64,000 bases of DNA, taken from Anthoceros angustus (taxonomy: Eukaryota; Plantae; Anthocerotophyta). Positions 26,552-40,011 of the stretch are shown piece by piece; the stretch's first letter is position 1; each line of letters starts with the position of its first letter. The notes under the pieces were generated by a model. The model was given only the letters and a program-made list of their open reading frames with translations, was not told the origin of the DNA and ran no database searches. Both the position numbers and the translations under genes were made by a program. The stretch covers positions 1 through 64,000 of the forward strand of contig MU008191.1 of assembly GCA_010909165.1 (NCBI GenBank), in the 5' to 3' direction.

Positions 26552-28481
26552 GTCCGTCCGTACCATCTCCCTGACTTTCTACTGCACACCCTCTTTCCTC
26601 TCATTATTACTGTATTTCATATCAAGTTCTACCAGCAAGGCCCAGTACCGCCAGATGTCTAGGGACTCCTCCACATCCTCCAATTACCACCGCTAGTCCG
26701 ACCTCTCTTCCGTCCTTCACTCTTTACTCGTTCTCCCGTCTCCGCAGTCCGTCCAATGTCTATCTTCACGCTCTGATGGGGTGTAGTGCTGCAGTACCTC
26801 CGCGTCCGCGTCTGCACAATCAAGCTTGTCCGGGCTCTTCACACCCTTCGCTTAACATCTTGTCACCAACGACCGCTCTAGTCCACTTATCCTCTTCTCC
26901 CCGCTCTCAAGGAGCAGGGGTCGAGGCTTTTCAACACCCGCAACCACCACCACACGTTAAGGCTCGTCATCAGAGCCAGGATAATCCTCTTCGGGGTAGT
27001 CCGCCCGCTCGATGACTTGAGCAACGCATTCACACCCTGTTCAGAAGAACTCCATGCAACAATGCGGAGTCAACCCCAAAACAGAAATCACATTACAGGG
27101 GCAGCGACCTCCCTTTTATGCAGCTCTAGAGCTGCGCCTTCATTACAATCCATGGCTGGCCCTACTGCCAGGTACCTACACACGCGGGAGGATACCGGAT
27201 CCCTCGCTCGTGGCTACCTACGCTTGTGGCGATTGGGCTGCTGACCCCGTTTGACCCCTCCGCCTGGCAACCCAATCCCTAACCCTGGCGCCGGAGAGGC
27301 AACTAGCCTAATTATTCTCGACCCCTGCCTTCCGGCAGGAGTTTGGACCTTACCCCGGCCAAGATTGGATCGCTCCCCAGGACCTACACTAACGACTTAG
27401 GTCACCATGGTGTCCTCCTCCGCCTCTGCTAACAGCAACACCGGATTTTGGGGATCCTCTCTCGTCTTCCGGTAGGCCCCCATCCACCAGTCCTGACAGA
27501 GGAAGGACCAGAGTCCTTGGGTCCTGGGTCTGTGCGAGTGGTGCGCGGTTTCCCAGTTCCTCTCCACCCGTCGGCTCCTCCAACTCCTCCGGCGGGTCTC
27601 CTCGGTCGGCTGGTGCACATTACCCCAACCACCGGACTCCGAACTCGAGTATTCCGCGTATCCCAACCCCTAAGGTCTACTCGCGATGCTAATTCCAGCT
27701 TACATAGGGTTAAGAATAGTTTGGTTAAAGATTGAGGCAACTAACACTACGTTTTACTTTTGGAAAAGGTGGTGCCACGCAGAAGGAAGAATGGGACTAC
27801 GGATCCATGCATGCCCTGAACTGGGGGACGACGTCAACCACCAAGCAATAAAAAACGCAATTACTAGGCTAAGGCAAGCCCCGTGGAACCCCGTTATGTG
27901 CTTGAGCTAGAATTTGAGTATGGCAGGAATCGGTGTGCAACAGGCAGCCAGGGGGTGGCCTCGTTATGTGCCTGATGCATGACGAGGTTGAGTCCTGCCA
28001 CCTCCGAGGCAGCCCGTGAAGGCCTCGACATGCACCTACGGGAGCAGTGGGTGCGGTTAGCCCTGGTTGTGGTTTTCGCTTTCCTAGCTTTCGACTTTCG
28101 GAGTAATTGCACAAGCAAAGGCAGCCGATGGGAGGGCCTCTTCATGTGCCTTGGCCGGCATCCTGCCCAGCCCCTTAGGTCTGAGGGCCCCGTGGTGTTG
28201 CAGATCTGCAACACCAAACAACTGGCACACCGCCGAAAACAAAATAAGCATAGCATGCATATAAGTGAGAGGTGATGGCGTGGTTGGTATCCAAGAGATT
28301 GCTACATCAGTCACTATGAGTGGCTTGCAATTGAGTGGAAGCCACATTGGTTAGGAGGTATGTTGGCCTCGAATCCAGTCTTGGGTAGCCTGTCCACGTG
28401 CTTCGATGAAAGAGTTGCTTGCACGTTTGCTTGCACAGCTGTGGTGTCGTGTCCACACTGATTCTCATGCACTTGATCAAT

Positions 28482-28660
28482 ATTGAGCCTGCAGGTGGAT
28501 GCAGGATTGTTGAGCCTGCAGCTGGATGATTGTTGTTAAGCCTGCAGCTGGATGCAGGATTGTTGTTGAGCCTGCATCTAGCTGTAGAATTGTTGTTGAG
28601 CCGACAGCTGGATGCAGGATTGTTGTTAAGCCTGCAGCTGAATGCAATCCTATAAGCCTG
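28482..28660. repeat. ~30-bp minisatellite (TTGTTGAGCCTGCAGCTGGATGCAGGA-like), about 6 units
   Basis: Direct inspection; produces the repetitive ORF CRLNNNPASS. Confidence 0.85.
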
Positions 28661-28851
28661 CATCAGCTGCCTGCATGACTGTTATCGAGCCCAGGTTATT
28701 GAGCCAACGTTACCAGAGGGTGCGGATCGTTAGCCTGGGTGTGCTACTCGATTTCCTCGCTTTGGGGACAGTTTCACTAGGAGGTGTGAGGGCCTCGTCA
28801 TATGCCTGGGTTGGCATTCTGCCCAGCCCCTAAGGTCTGAGGGGCACCGTG

Positions 28852-29190
28852 GTGTGGCCTTCCTTGAGATTAGATGTGGCCTTCCTTGAGATTAGATGTG
28901 GCCTTCCAGAATGATATGGCTGTCCAAAGCTTGGCTGTTGCTGGAAATCGATGTGGCTTACCACACCTTGAAGCTTGATTCTGGCCTTGCAGAGCTTGGA
29001 GCTTGATGCTGGCTTGGAGCTTGATGCTGGCTTGGAGCTTGGTGCCGGTTTAGCGCTGCCAGAAGTGTTTATGGCACTCCAGAACTGATGTGGCGGTCTA
29101 GGGCTTGAGGTGATGCGACAAATCGAAATTGGCCTTTCAAAGCTTGGAGCTCGATGCTGTCTTGATCTCCTCTAGAGCTTGATGCTGATT
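28852..29190. repeat. Short degenerate tandem repeats (22-bp GTGGCCTTCCTTGAGATTAGAT; 18-bp GCTTGGAGCTTGATGCTG)
   Basis: Direct inspection. Confidence 0.75.
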
Positions 29191-29569
29191 TGACCCTAAA
29201 CCCTTAACCGTCTACACTACGGATGCGATTCCAAATTTATGGGAGTTTAAGTTCTATAAAGAATTCAAATTATTTATCAATAATTTCCCCACACCTGCCG
29301 GATTCTTTCACCGGCATGCATGCTGGCCCTGAGAAATCTGTCCTTGTACAAGGCAAGCTACAGCTGTTGCCTGTAGCTTGCCGTGACGAATAGTGACTGA
29401 ACAAAGGCGTGGAGTCCTGGCTACTAGTCATGTCGTCAGGCCATCATACAGCCATGTGGACGCACTCGGTGCATTGCAGCGGGCAGGGCTGCAAGAGGCT
29501 AGTCAATCTAGAAGGGGGACATCTTTGGCAGACAGGGGAACAGGAGACTGTTTATTATCATACTGCGGC

Positions 29570-31090
29570 ATGGCAAGATGGGACCCTCTGCTTGCTCTGT
29601 TAATCACTTCCACCATCTTCATTGTGTTACAGGCCCAACATCATGGAGACCCATCAACCGCAGAGTATTCAGCTATTGTCCATATGGAGAATGCATTTGT
29701 GAAGTGGGTGGACGAAATTGGGTCTTCCCACTCCATGTTCCCAACCGCGAAGAAGGTCCTTGAGGAGAAATCTGTCATAACAGTGGACATGATCGGGGTC
29801 AGAGGAAACTACACGTCAGTCCAGGCAGCGGTGGACTCAGTTCCTGACAACAATCAGCAGCGTGTTCTTATTAGAATTCTTGCAGGATGCTACTGGTGGG
29901 TTGAACTTTCCTACATACCGGGTCCAAAATTATCTGTTACGGACAAACTGGGTTGCTTCAACGCAATTAAGGATCATGAGTTTGTGCTGTGCAGGGAGAA
30001 GGTGATGATCCCCAACACAAAGCCTTTCATCACGTTAGAAGGGGACACTATCCCCGGGGCAACCACAATCGCATGGGCAGATACAGCCAGCAGCTTGGGA
30101 GCAGATGGAAATCCTTTGAAGACGTTCAACAGCTCCACAGTGGCAGTAAACGCTGCCTACTTCATCGCCAGGGATATCACTTTCAAGGTGGGCAGTGTGA
30201 TTTACAGCGCATTGCCAAGACTTTACTTTCCTTGATCCTGCCAACCTTGGACTAATTCACCATGTGATGCAGAATGCTGCAACTGCACCACTTCCCGGTG
30301 CGGAAGGAGGGCAGGCAGTGGCTCTGCGAATCTCAGGGGACACAGCTGCCTTCTACAACTGCCAGTTTCTGGGATTCCAGGACACTTTGTATGACCACAG
30401 GGGACGCCATTACTTCAAGGACTGCTTCATCGAGGGCTCTGTGGACTTCATCTTCGGGGATGGCCGCTCCTTGTATTCTGTAAGATGGCCAGCTAGCTCA
30501 TTCTCCGATCCCACTCTCACTCGTACATGGACCTCCTGCAGCTCTCATGGCTCACTGTACAGTTTTCTTGCAAGCCCTTACCTGCAGGGATGTCATCTAC
30601 ATGCTGTTGCCATCTTCGGAGCTGTAACAGCACAGAAGAGGCTGGAGAGCACAGACGACACAGGATTCTCCTTCGTGAACTGCACGGTTACGGGGTCGGG
30701 CTCGGTCTATTTGGGCAGGGCCTGGGGAAGTTTCTCCAGAGTGGTGTACGCCTATACCTTCATGGACAGCATCATCTTTCCTCCAGGCTGGTTCGACTGG
30801 AATGATCCAGCCAGACACCAGTAAGAGCTCTGACTCTTCCTAATCTTGATCTGATGTGTTGGGATGTTGTTTGCAGACATGTCAAACTTCGTTCACACAG
30901 TCTTTACAAACAAGTTCTGCTTGGCAATGCTTCCTTATGTTGTAGGACAGTGTTCTACGGACAGTACCATTGCTACGGCCCTGGTGCTAGCCAGAAAGGC
31001 CGTGTTCCTTGGTCGCGCCAGCTGTCAAGAAAAGAGGCCCAGCCCTTCCTCTCCTTCCAGTTCATAGATGGATCTCAGTGGCTGCCGTAG
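29570..31090 (+). CDS. Pectin methylesterase, type II (no PMEI pro-domain), secreted; 5 exons
   Basis: Exons 29570-29895, 29995-30187, 30273-30479, 30588-30820 and 30946-31090, with GT-AG introns. Signal peptide; motifs [30 protein letters not shown]. Confidence 0.93.
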
Positions 31091-31109
31091 CTGTGTAAAC
31101 TTGTTGGAT

Positions 31110-32967
31110 TCAGAGAAGCCACTGCTCAGCATCTATGAAGCTCAGATGAAGATATGGTTGGGCTTCCTCATCGCTGAGCTCATGAGACCATGGAACACGA
31201 GCAGCAAAACCAGCCCCGGGCCCAAAGCATCTGTATTGCCCGAAAGTTACAGTCCTGTTGTCAAAAAACACATGCCGCAGTCGGAGTCTGATAGCAAGTC
31301 AGGAACTACTAATATCATAAATTGGCTCGATTTGTCATGTGGGATTGGTTCAAGGATCAAGCTTACTCGTCTTTGTAAGATTCTCGATTCCAATCGTCCC
31401 AGCCTCGAGAGGCGATGATGCCACTCAGATAGCTCCGGGCAAACACAATTCTTGAGTAGGGCCCCATAGCTCTCCCCAAGTACACAGCTTGCCCGGTTCC
31501 TGAAACCACGCAGTTGACGAACGAGAATCCCGTCCTGCTGGATGCATCTTGACGGTTCTGGGCAGCAATGGACCCGAATGTGCTGGCTATGGTGTGCAAT
31601 TCACAATCCTGTAGAGGAACATGTATCTTTTCAGAGTTGTCATCAATTCCTTTGTCAGCACAGCGAAATCAAACTTCTGTGTTCAGCTAGTACCTGATAC
31701 AAGGACTGCCCGTCCCCGAAGATGTAGTCTATCGACCCCTGGATGTAGCAGCGTTTGAAATAATGGCGGCCGGAATCATCGCAGAGCGTGTCCTGAGCTC
31801 CGTAGAAGCCACAGTTGAAGAAGGCAGCCATGTCTCCAGAAATCCGAAAAGCTGCAGCTTGCTTGCCGTCCTCGCCGGGGGAAGGGGCGGGAGCTGTGTT
31901 CTGCATGCAGTGCAATGCAATGCAACGCATTCAACTCGCAATCCCAGCTGTAGTGCAGGCCGCAGTGAAATCACGCACGTACTATGAAGCTGATGTTGTT
32001 GGCGATGAAGTGGGATGCAAACACGGTGACCGAGGCGCTGTTGTAGGCTGTCAAAGGACGGCCATTTCCGTCGATGTCGCTGGCAGTATCGTGCCACACT
32101 ATGCTGGTGTCCCAGCGCCTTTCTCCTTGGAAGGTGACGTAAGGCTTGGAGGCAGACACCACCACCTTCTCCCTGCCAATTCCCACAACCAGTGTCACAC
32201 GATCAGGCTTGGCAATGCTGCTTCATCAACTTTCAAAAGCTGCTTGAAAGCATGATGACATAATGCTCGTGCCACTGGGTGAATGTTGGACTCACGCACC
32301 TGTATGTTCCCTTCCTGATTTGAATCACCACCCGCCCGGAATTGCCATCCTGGATGCTGTTCACAGCAGCCTGCACAGATGTGAAATCCCCAGCACCAGC
32401 CTGGTCCACCACCAGAATCCGCAACGCTGCCTCTTCCAGACTGCTGCTCCTACGGTGGTGGAGCGTGTGGATTGCAGAACCTCGGGATTTTCTGCTCGCG
32501 CGTCTGCCATGATCTGAGAGCTCGTGTCTGTGTCTCCGTCTGGTCACCACTTGAGGACGCGAACCCATGCGTTTCGAATGCCCAGCGTTTGATCTGCGAT
32601 GAGTGATGCGGTCAGGAGCTTGCTTCGGTGAGACGTGTCTGTGAAGGAGAAAATTCGGATGCCCATAGTGCCAATGCCTGGAGGGTCTCGGCGGATTCAA
32701 ATTCCGCAACCTTGATCCTCCTCCAGGAGGTGTGTCTCGCTCAGAAATGTTGAGGCCAGCTGCAATGTCACTACTGCTCAATGTAGTAGTACTAGTAGTG
32801 TCATGGCTCTGTCCATAGGCAAGAAGGAAGGATCGATATCCAAGCACTTGCACCTGGCAGAGTTCTGCGCAGGTGAGGAGGAGGGACAGCACCAGCACAG
32901 GAAGAGACTCAACAGAACGGACCAACAAAACGTTGCAACAAGAGTGTGACTTGCAATTGCTCATCAT
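31110..32967 (-). CDS. Pectin methylesterase, type II, with long His/Arg-rich N-terminal extension; 5 exons
   Basis: Exons 32967-32300, 32172-31983, 31900-31694, 31608-31367 and 31254-31110. Motifs [29 protein letters not shown]. Last exon reads [14 protein letters not shown]...FIDAEQWLL* (read by hand; not in the ORF track). Confidence 0.9.
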
Positions 32968-33946
32968 CAAAGGGCAGCAGCTCCGCAGTTCTCAAGCTGA
33001 TGTAAGATGGACGAATTGAGAACCTCGACGAGGCTCTGGAGGATCCCTGACATGCAACATGCTAAAATTTGATGCTGGCTGAAACCACTGGCAGGCAACC
33101 ATGAGACTGATGACGAAACAACTCCTCCCGCTCCACGTGAAGGCCGCTGCACTGCATTGTGGACAGTTTGCAAGCTTCAGAATCAGCTCTACCTACCCGC
33201 ACCACCACCCGAGGGGTCAAACTCACATTAGGTGAGGAACCGTCTGGTGCAGCCCGTAGTTGGGTACTGGTTTACACAAGTGGGATCCTGTAGGACGTGT
33301 TAGTGGAGACGGTTGAGGGCCTTGTCCGCTTCCTCCATTTGTCATGTCGGGAACAGCTAGCATGACCATGATGCAGATTTTCATCTTCGTAGGGATCTCC
33401 CGAAGTGATGTGAAGTTACGCAGTGAAGAATGTCTAAGCCCCTTTCAACCCAGCGATCTGCCGACAAACTCACCAGGTACATAATTCTGCTGATCTCACT
33501 TGATCCTTTTCCGGATTCCAGATTGACAGAAGCCAAGTGCTTTCACACACTTCTTCCCCTTGTTCTTGGGACATCACGAAAAAATTAAACCAACTACCGA
33601 CTGATGCTGTTTCTTTTATGCACCAGAAGTGACTGGCTCTGGCCTACGTACTAGTTTGCCGCCATGTTCCCGGTTCTCACGCTCTGCGGTTGAAGTGAAC
33701 TGGGAAGGAAGCGGCGTCTGTTGTGTCCGACAGGCTCGAATTCGAGGAGACGCAGTGCTCAGTGGCTGTCAGTGTTCACTGCAGGTGCTTGGGCAATTTG
33801 GTTGATGCATGTAGAGGGGCCCCTGCGTCTGGCGTCGAGGTGGGCACTAGTGGGGACGTGAATTGAGCTGCTGCGGCTGGTGGGTGTAGCTTCCAGCGGA
33901 GCATGGACCGGTAGGGAGGGGCAGGGGAGTGTGGGGGCGGGTCAAG

Positions 33947-36900
33947 ATGCCGTCGGCGTCTAATACAGTGGTGGGCGGCAGCATACACCGGCTGGAGGTG
34001 GAGAACTTCAAGTCGTACAAGGGGCATCAGGTGATCGGGCCTTTCAAGAATTTCACGGCCATCATCGGGCCCAATGGAGCCGGCAAATCGAACCTTATGG
34101 ACGCAATTAGCTTCGTGCTGGGTGTGCGGTCGATGCAGCTGCGCGGGGCGCAGCTCAAGGACTTGATTTACGCCTTTGATGATAAGGAGAGGGAGCAGAG
34201 AGGACGCAAAGCGTTTGTGAAGCTGGTGTACAACACCAGCAGCGGGGAGGAGCTGCACTTCACCCGAGCCATTTCAGGCTCTGGTTCCAGTGAGTACAGA
34301 CTGAACAACAGGACTGTGTCCTGGGATGAGTATAATGAGAAGATGAAGTCCTTGGGCATTCTTGTCAAGGCTCGGAATTTCCTCGTCTTCCAGGTACTGC
34401 CTACGCTGTTCCTGTTCCTGTTCACGTTGCTCCATTCCCTCTTCCTTTTCCTCCTGGCAGTAGCTTTGTGGAAGGCTGCTTGCACCTATGCTCGAACTTG
34501 TAAGAGTAATTCGCGTAACTAGTGTCAGCATAGTCCGGGTTTGTTAGGTCAAGCGCTGAGGCGAGTTCTTGCACCAGCAGCTGTCATAAGGCTCTGCCAT
34601 CTTCTCGCTTGCTTCAAACACCGGCTCACCTGGTGGTGTTGGGTTGTTGTTTGGATCAGGGTGATGTAGAGTCCATTGCGTCTAAAAATCCGAAGGAGCT
34701 CACAGCACTTTTTGAACAAATATCTGGCTCCGAGGATCTCAAAAAAGACTATGAGGAGCTGGAGGAGAAGAAAGCAAGGGCTGAGGAAAAGTCCGTGTTC
34801 AGTTATCAAAAAAAGAGGACTATAGTATCTGAAAGAAAGCAAAAGAAAGAGCAGAAAGAGGAGGCGGAGAAGCACTTGCGTCTTCAGGGGGAGTTGGTAA
34901 GCCCTCGACCTGAGCCTATACACGGTTTTGTCTGGTCGTTCTTTACCTGCAGTGTCTGCGATTCCGGGTCTGAAGGTCATTTGTTTTGTGCAGAAAGCAT
35001 TGAAGACGGAGTACTACCTCTGGCAGCTGTTCACCATTAAGAAAGATATTGAGAGAATTCAGGGGGAGTTGGAAGAAGATAATGAAACTCTTCAGGACCT
35101 GATAAAAGCACATGAGGAGTTCGAGTTACAAATACGGGAGAAAAAGAAGGAGCAGGCGGGTTTTGTCAAAGATGCCCTGCTTTCTAGCAAAGCGGTGGCA
35201 AGGAAGAAGGCAGAGCTTGACAAGAAGGTTCGTTCACAGTATGTGTGCCTTTTCGACTAATCCTTTTTGGCACTCTGCTACGCCTGCTGTTCCTGTGAGC
35301 TTAAGAGGATTTACTCAAATGATCTGCTTGGCTATGCAATGTTGTTGCAAAGTGTCTGTTGAAGAACGTTATGTTGGCGTCTGTGATACCAGCAAGGATC
35401 AATTGCTTATCTAGTGAATTGTCCCTTTGTAGCATCCGGAGCTTCTAAAACTGCGAGAAGAAATTGATCGGGCGACTGTAAAAATCAAGAATAGTGAAAA
35501 GGATTTGGCAAAGAAGAAAGAGGAGCAGAAAAAGCAAGGGAAGGAGGTTGCAAGATTGCAAAGGGATCTGCAGGATGTCACTGCTGCTAAAAATGAACTC
35601 AATGAACAGAATGATGCAGGAGGGAAGCTGCAATTGGCTGCCGCACAATTGCAGGAGTACAACAGAATGTAAGCCGAAAACATCGCTTGTCTCTCAGAGC
35701 CTGGAGTGACGCTTCTAGTTGTCTTTCATGATGTGATGGTCAGTTAACTGAATCTGATCCATGTAGAATATGCTTACAGAAAGGAAGAAGCAGGTGCTAA
35801 AACTATCAAACTGAAGCAAGACAAGGAGGTTCATGATCGTAGACAACAAGCTGATTCTGAGGCACTGAAAAATTTGGAGGACAATCTCCAACAGCTGCAC
35901 ACAAGAGAGCAACAGTTGATATCTCAAGATGAAGAGTGTCAAGGGCGAATGACAAGGCTCTTCGAGTCGGTCACGAAGACCAATGATGAACTTGCCCGTG
36001 TCCGAGCTGAACATTCTCAGATGCAGGATAGACATAGGAAATCCAGGTGAATGAGCCCCCAAGAAACTGTAGTGGTTGCCAGAGAATATGGTTCTTTGGT
36101 GCATTTTTCTACTGCAGAGAAAATGCTGCTCATTTCTAAGGTACTAACATTGTATTCGGTGTATGCAGGGCACAGTATGAAAACTTGAGGACAAGATTAG
36201 TGGAGTTAGAGAATTCATTGCGTGAGTTAAAAGCAGACAAACGTGAGAGTGAACGTGATGGTAGGATATCTGAGGCTGTGGAGACACTTAAACGCCTGTT
36301 TCCTGGTGTGCATGGACGCATGACAGACCTTTGCAGGCCTACTCAGAAAAAATACAACCTCGCACTCACTGTAGCCATGGGAAGGTTCATGGATGCTGTA
36401 GTTGTTGAGGATGACATGACTGGAAAAGAGTGCATCAAGGTGAACCTCTGCTGGACATTCTCATGTTGCCAGCAATATTGTTTGCCTGCTGGGTTGAATC
36501 AAATGAAGTGCAATGCTGACACTGTGTGTCTCTGTCTCAGTATCTGAAGGAACAGCGCCTACCCCCGCAGACCTTCATTCCTTTGCAGTCTGTCCGCACA
36601 AAGCCTGTCCAGGAAAAGCTTCGCACTCTTGGTGGTACAGCAAAGCTGGTTATTGATGTGATCAAATATCCCTTGTTAGATTATGGTTGTTTGGAATTGC
36701 TGATTGTCCAACTCACCGTCTACTTTTGTTGGTCATGGTTGATTGATACTGTTACACCTTAATCTTCCTACTTTTGATCCATCTTTGGAGAAAGCACTGC
36801 TGTATGCAGTTGGAAACACCATTCTTTGTGATAAGCTACCTGAAGCCAAAGCTCTTGGATGGGGAAGGGAACGGTATAAAGGTACCTGGATACCTAATCC

Positions 36901-39900
36901 AAGAATCAACTGCATTTCTGTCATGAGTGTACTACTTCAAGACATTTCTAGGTGAGCGAGTAGAGTACCATGCAGAGAGGTTGAAAGGAAAGGTTGCAAC
37001 AGACGGAGCTCTCATCACATGGAATGGTAGCTCTTTATGCTTAGCGAGACACAAATGCTGTTGCTCGTTGCAGTTGTTACTCTTGATGGAGTGCTCCTTT
37101 CAAAGTCTGGTCTGATGACTGGTGGAGTAACTGGAAACATGGAGGCCAAGTCACAGAAGTGGGATTCTCGACATATAGAAGGTAAGGAGGGGCTGGTTCA
37201 GTTGATCAACTTTGCCTATTCTTTCTTCCAATTGCTACTCTGCTAGTCTGCGTTGACACTGGATGGTAATGTCAGGGCTCAAGAAGAACAAAGAGCGCCT
37301 TGAAGCAGAAATGGCTGAAATTGGCTCAGCACGAGAAATGCAGACAAAGGAGGCAGAAGTTGAAGGAAGAATTATTGGACTGGAACGGAAATTACAAGTT
37401 GCGGAATTAGAGAAGGTATAGCCTTGTGGTTATGTTGAGCTTTCGGTGGATGTTTTCAATGGAGGGAAAGGAGTTAGCCTAGTTTACTTCCCCACTATGC
37501 TGCAAGTTGCTGCATCTAGCCACCTTCCCAGTCCACACGAGCCCCAAGGCTGCTGAATGTGGAACAACAGGTTGAGGGATTGGATACTTGCTAATTCTTG
37601 AATGGGCGAAACAGAAAAGTATCGATGGAAAGATTGCAAAGGTTGCACAAGAAAGGGAAACCATCAAGTTGGAGATACGTCGCCTTCAACCCGAGTGCAC
37701 AAAGGTAAGCAAAAGGATTCTGTACTCCATGCCATGAGGCCAATGCAAGCAGATCATAACCGTTCTCTAATTGTCCTGCTTGTGCAGCTGCAAAGCATTA
37801 TTACAGCTCGAGGTGCAGACATCACAAAGATTGAGGACCAAATAAATGAAATTATTGACAGAATCTACAAGAATTTCAGTGAGTCAGTGGGAGTTGCAAA
37901 TATACGAGAGTATGAAGAGAATCAGTTACGCCGCCATGAAGAGCTGTCGGAAAGGAAGATGAGTCTGAACAACCAAATTGCGAAACTCAAGAATCAGTAA
38001 TGTTTTGTTGAACCCCATCTCAGCATTTGTTGTGTTTCACATGTATTACCGTCAATTTAAGGTTGTTGGTAGGTGGTAGTCATGGTGTTCCAGATTAAAG
38101 CCACACATGTTGCTAGTTACTGATTATAGCTTCAGGGGGCTCTTGTGTCAGAGATTGAGCAGGGAAAGCTGTTTGACTTATCACTCCTGTGCTTTTGACT
38201 CTCTTGCAGACTGGAATATGAGCAAAGGCGAGACATGGAGGCACCAGTAAGAAAGTTAACTGAATTTATTGGTTCAATGAAAGATGAACTTAGTCGTCTC
38301 CAGGCCAAAGAGGCTGAATCAAAAGGGACTGTGGATGTGGCTGGCCAACAATTGGATGAGATGAAGGCAGAATATGATGGTATGGACCTGTCTTTCATAC
38401 AGATGTATTCACTCCCTGAGGAACAAGCAGGTTGACCTCGTTGTTGTTGTCCAGGGTTAAGGCGACGAGCAGATGAGATAGAGGAGGTGATTCAGGAACT
38501 GAAGAAACAAGCAAGCAATGAGACTGCTGATGTTGGCAAGACGAAGCGGCAGATAGCTGCAAAGGTGAGGATAAGACTCTCTAGTGTTTTTTGTGAATTT
38601 CTGCTCAATTAGTTTCCTCTTGTAGCAGTAAGGACATGCTTTTTACTGGACAAGTGAAGGATTTTCTAAGAGCTTCTAGGAGTTGAGCCGCTTGTAAGCT
38701 TGTAGAAAATGTCCAGCCCTCCTTTGCTCAGTATGGTCTGGCTGCTTATGATCAGGAAACCCAAATTGAACTTCTGAGCTCCAAAAGGCAAGAAGTCCTG
38801 GAAAATTGTGAGCTGGATCAAATCAAACTTCCAGTAACGGAGGACTCTATGGATGTTGACTCTGCTGGGCCTTCGTCTCAACCTATGAATTACGATTACA
38901 ACAAGCTTAGCAGGGCACACCACCAGGTCTGTGCTCAACCTTCCCAATCACGGGTGTACTGCAGTGTAGATGATGCACTTAAGTAGCCTCGATTTCGATT
39001 GTTCAGGATCTGAGACCAGGTGATCGGGAAAGACTGGAGGCAGATTTCAAGTTCAAATTGGAGTCGATATCGTCAGAAATGGAAAGAACAGCACCCAATC
39101 TCAAGGCACTTGATCAATATGAAATTCTCCGGGAGAGAGAAAGGGAAGCTATTGAAGAGTTTGAGGCTGCCAGAAAAGATGCAAAGGAGATGTCGGATAA
39201 GTATAATGCAGTTAAACAAGAAAGGTGTGCTGTAACACTGTCTACAGTGTTAACTTACCTGTCGACTGCTTATGCTGGTCCTAATTTTGGCTTTGCATGT
39301 AGGTATGAGAAATTCATGGCAGCCTTCAATCACATTTCAACCAATATCAACAAAATCTACAAGCAGCTTACGCAGAGTGCCATGCAAACCCTTGGTGGAA
39401 CGGCGTATTTAAGTCTGGAGAATGACGATGAACCTTTTCTGCACGGAATGAAGTACACTGTGATGCCGCCTTCAAAGCGATTCAGGGACATGGAACAATT
39501 GTCTGGTGGAGAAAAGACCGTTGCTGCTCTAGCTCTGCTTTTTGCCATCCACAGGTTCAGTAACTTGATCAGTAAATTCGTCTTGCGGTTTTACGTTCTT
39601 TTGTTGTTCTGCATGCAAAGAAGTGCAAGGTACTGTGGCTCAAGGCAGAATGGTTCCTGTGCGCAGTTTCCGGCCATCCCCTTTCTTTGTGCTGGATGAG
39701 GTGGACGCAGCCTTGGACAACCTGAATGTTGCCAAAGTTGCTGCCTTCATCAGATCCAGGTCTCGTGAGGACGCTAAAGGTCAAGACAAATCGGGAAGAA
39801 GTGTTGGTTTTCAAAGTGTTGTGATTTCACTGAAGGACACCTTCTACGATAAGGCAGATGCCTTGGTCGGGGTGTATCGGGATTCAGACAGGAGGTAAGA

Positions 39901-40011
39901 AACCCTTGTGTTCGGCGCTGAGCTGCAGAAGGTTATGGGTACTAATGTTGGTTCTGTTCTGGCAGCTGTTCACGGACCCTCACATTTGATCTGACCAAAT
40001 ACACGGGGTGA
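33947..40011 (+). CDS. SMC1: Structural maintenance of chromosomes protein 1 (cohesin subunit), ~19 exons
   Basis: [15 protein letters not shown], Walker [10 protein letters not shown], hinge [19 protein letters not shown], signature LSGGEKT, Walker [13 protein letters not shown], and C-terminal TLTFDLTKY. Confidence 0.97.
36666..36771 (+). other. U12-type (minor spliceosome) AT-AC intron in SMC1
   Basis: 5' site ATATCCCT, branch-like CCTTAAT at 36757-36763, and AC at 36770-36771. Removal gives in-frame [21 protein letters not shown]. Confidence 0.85.

Noticed and set aside
29193-29210. Interstitial telomere repeat
   Set aside because: Only about two imperfect units.
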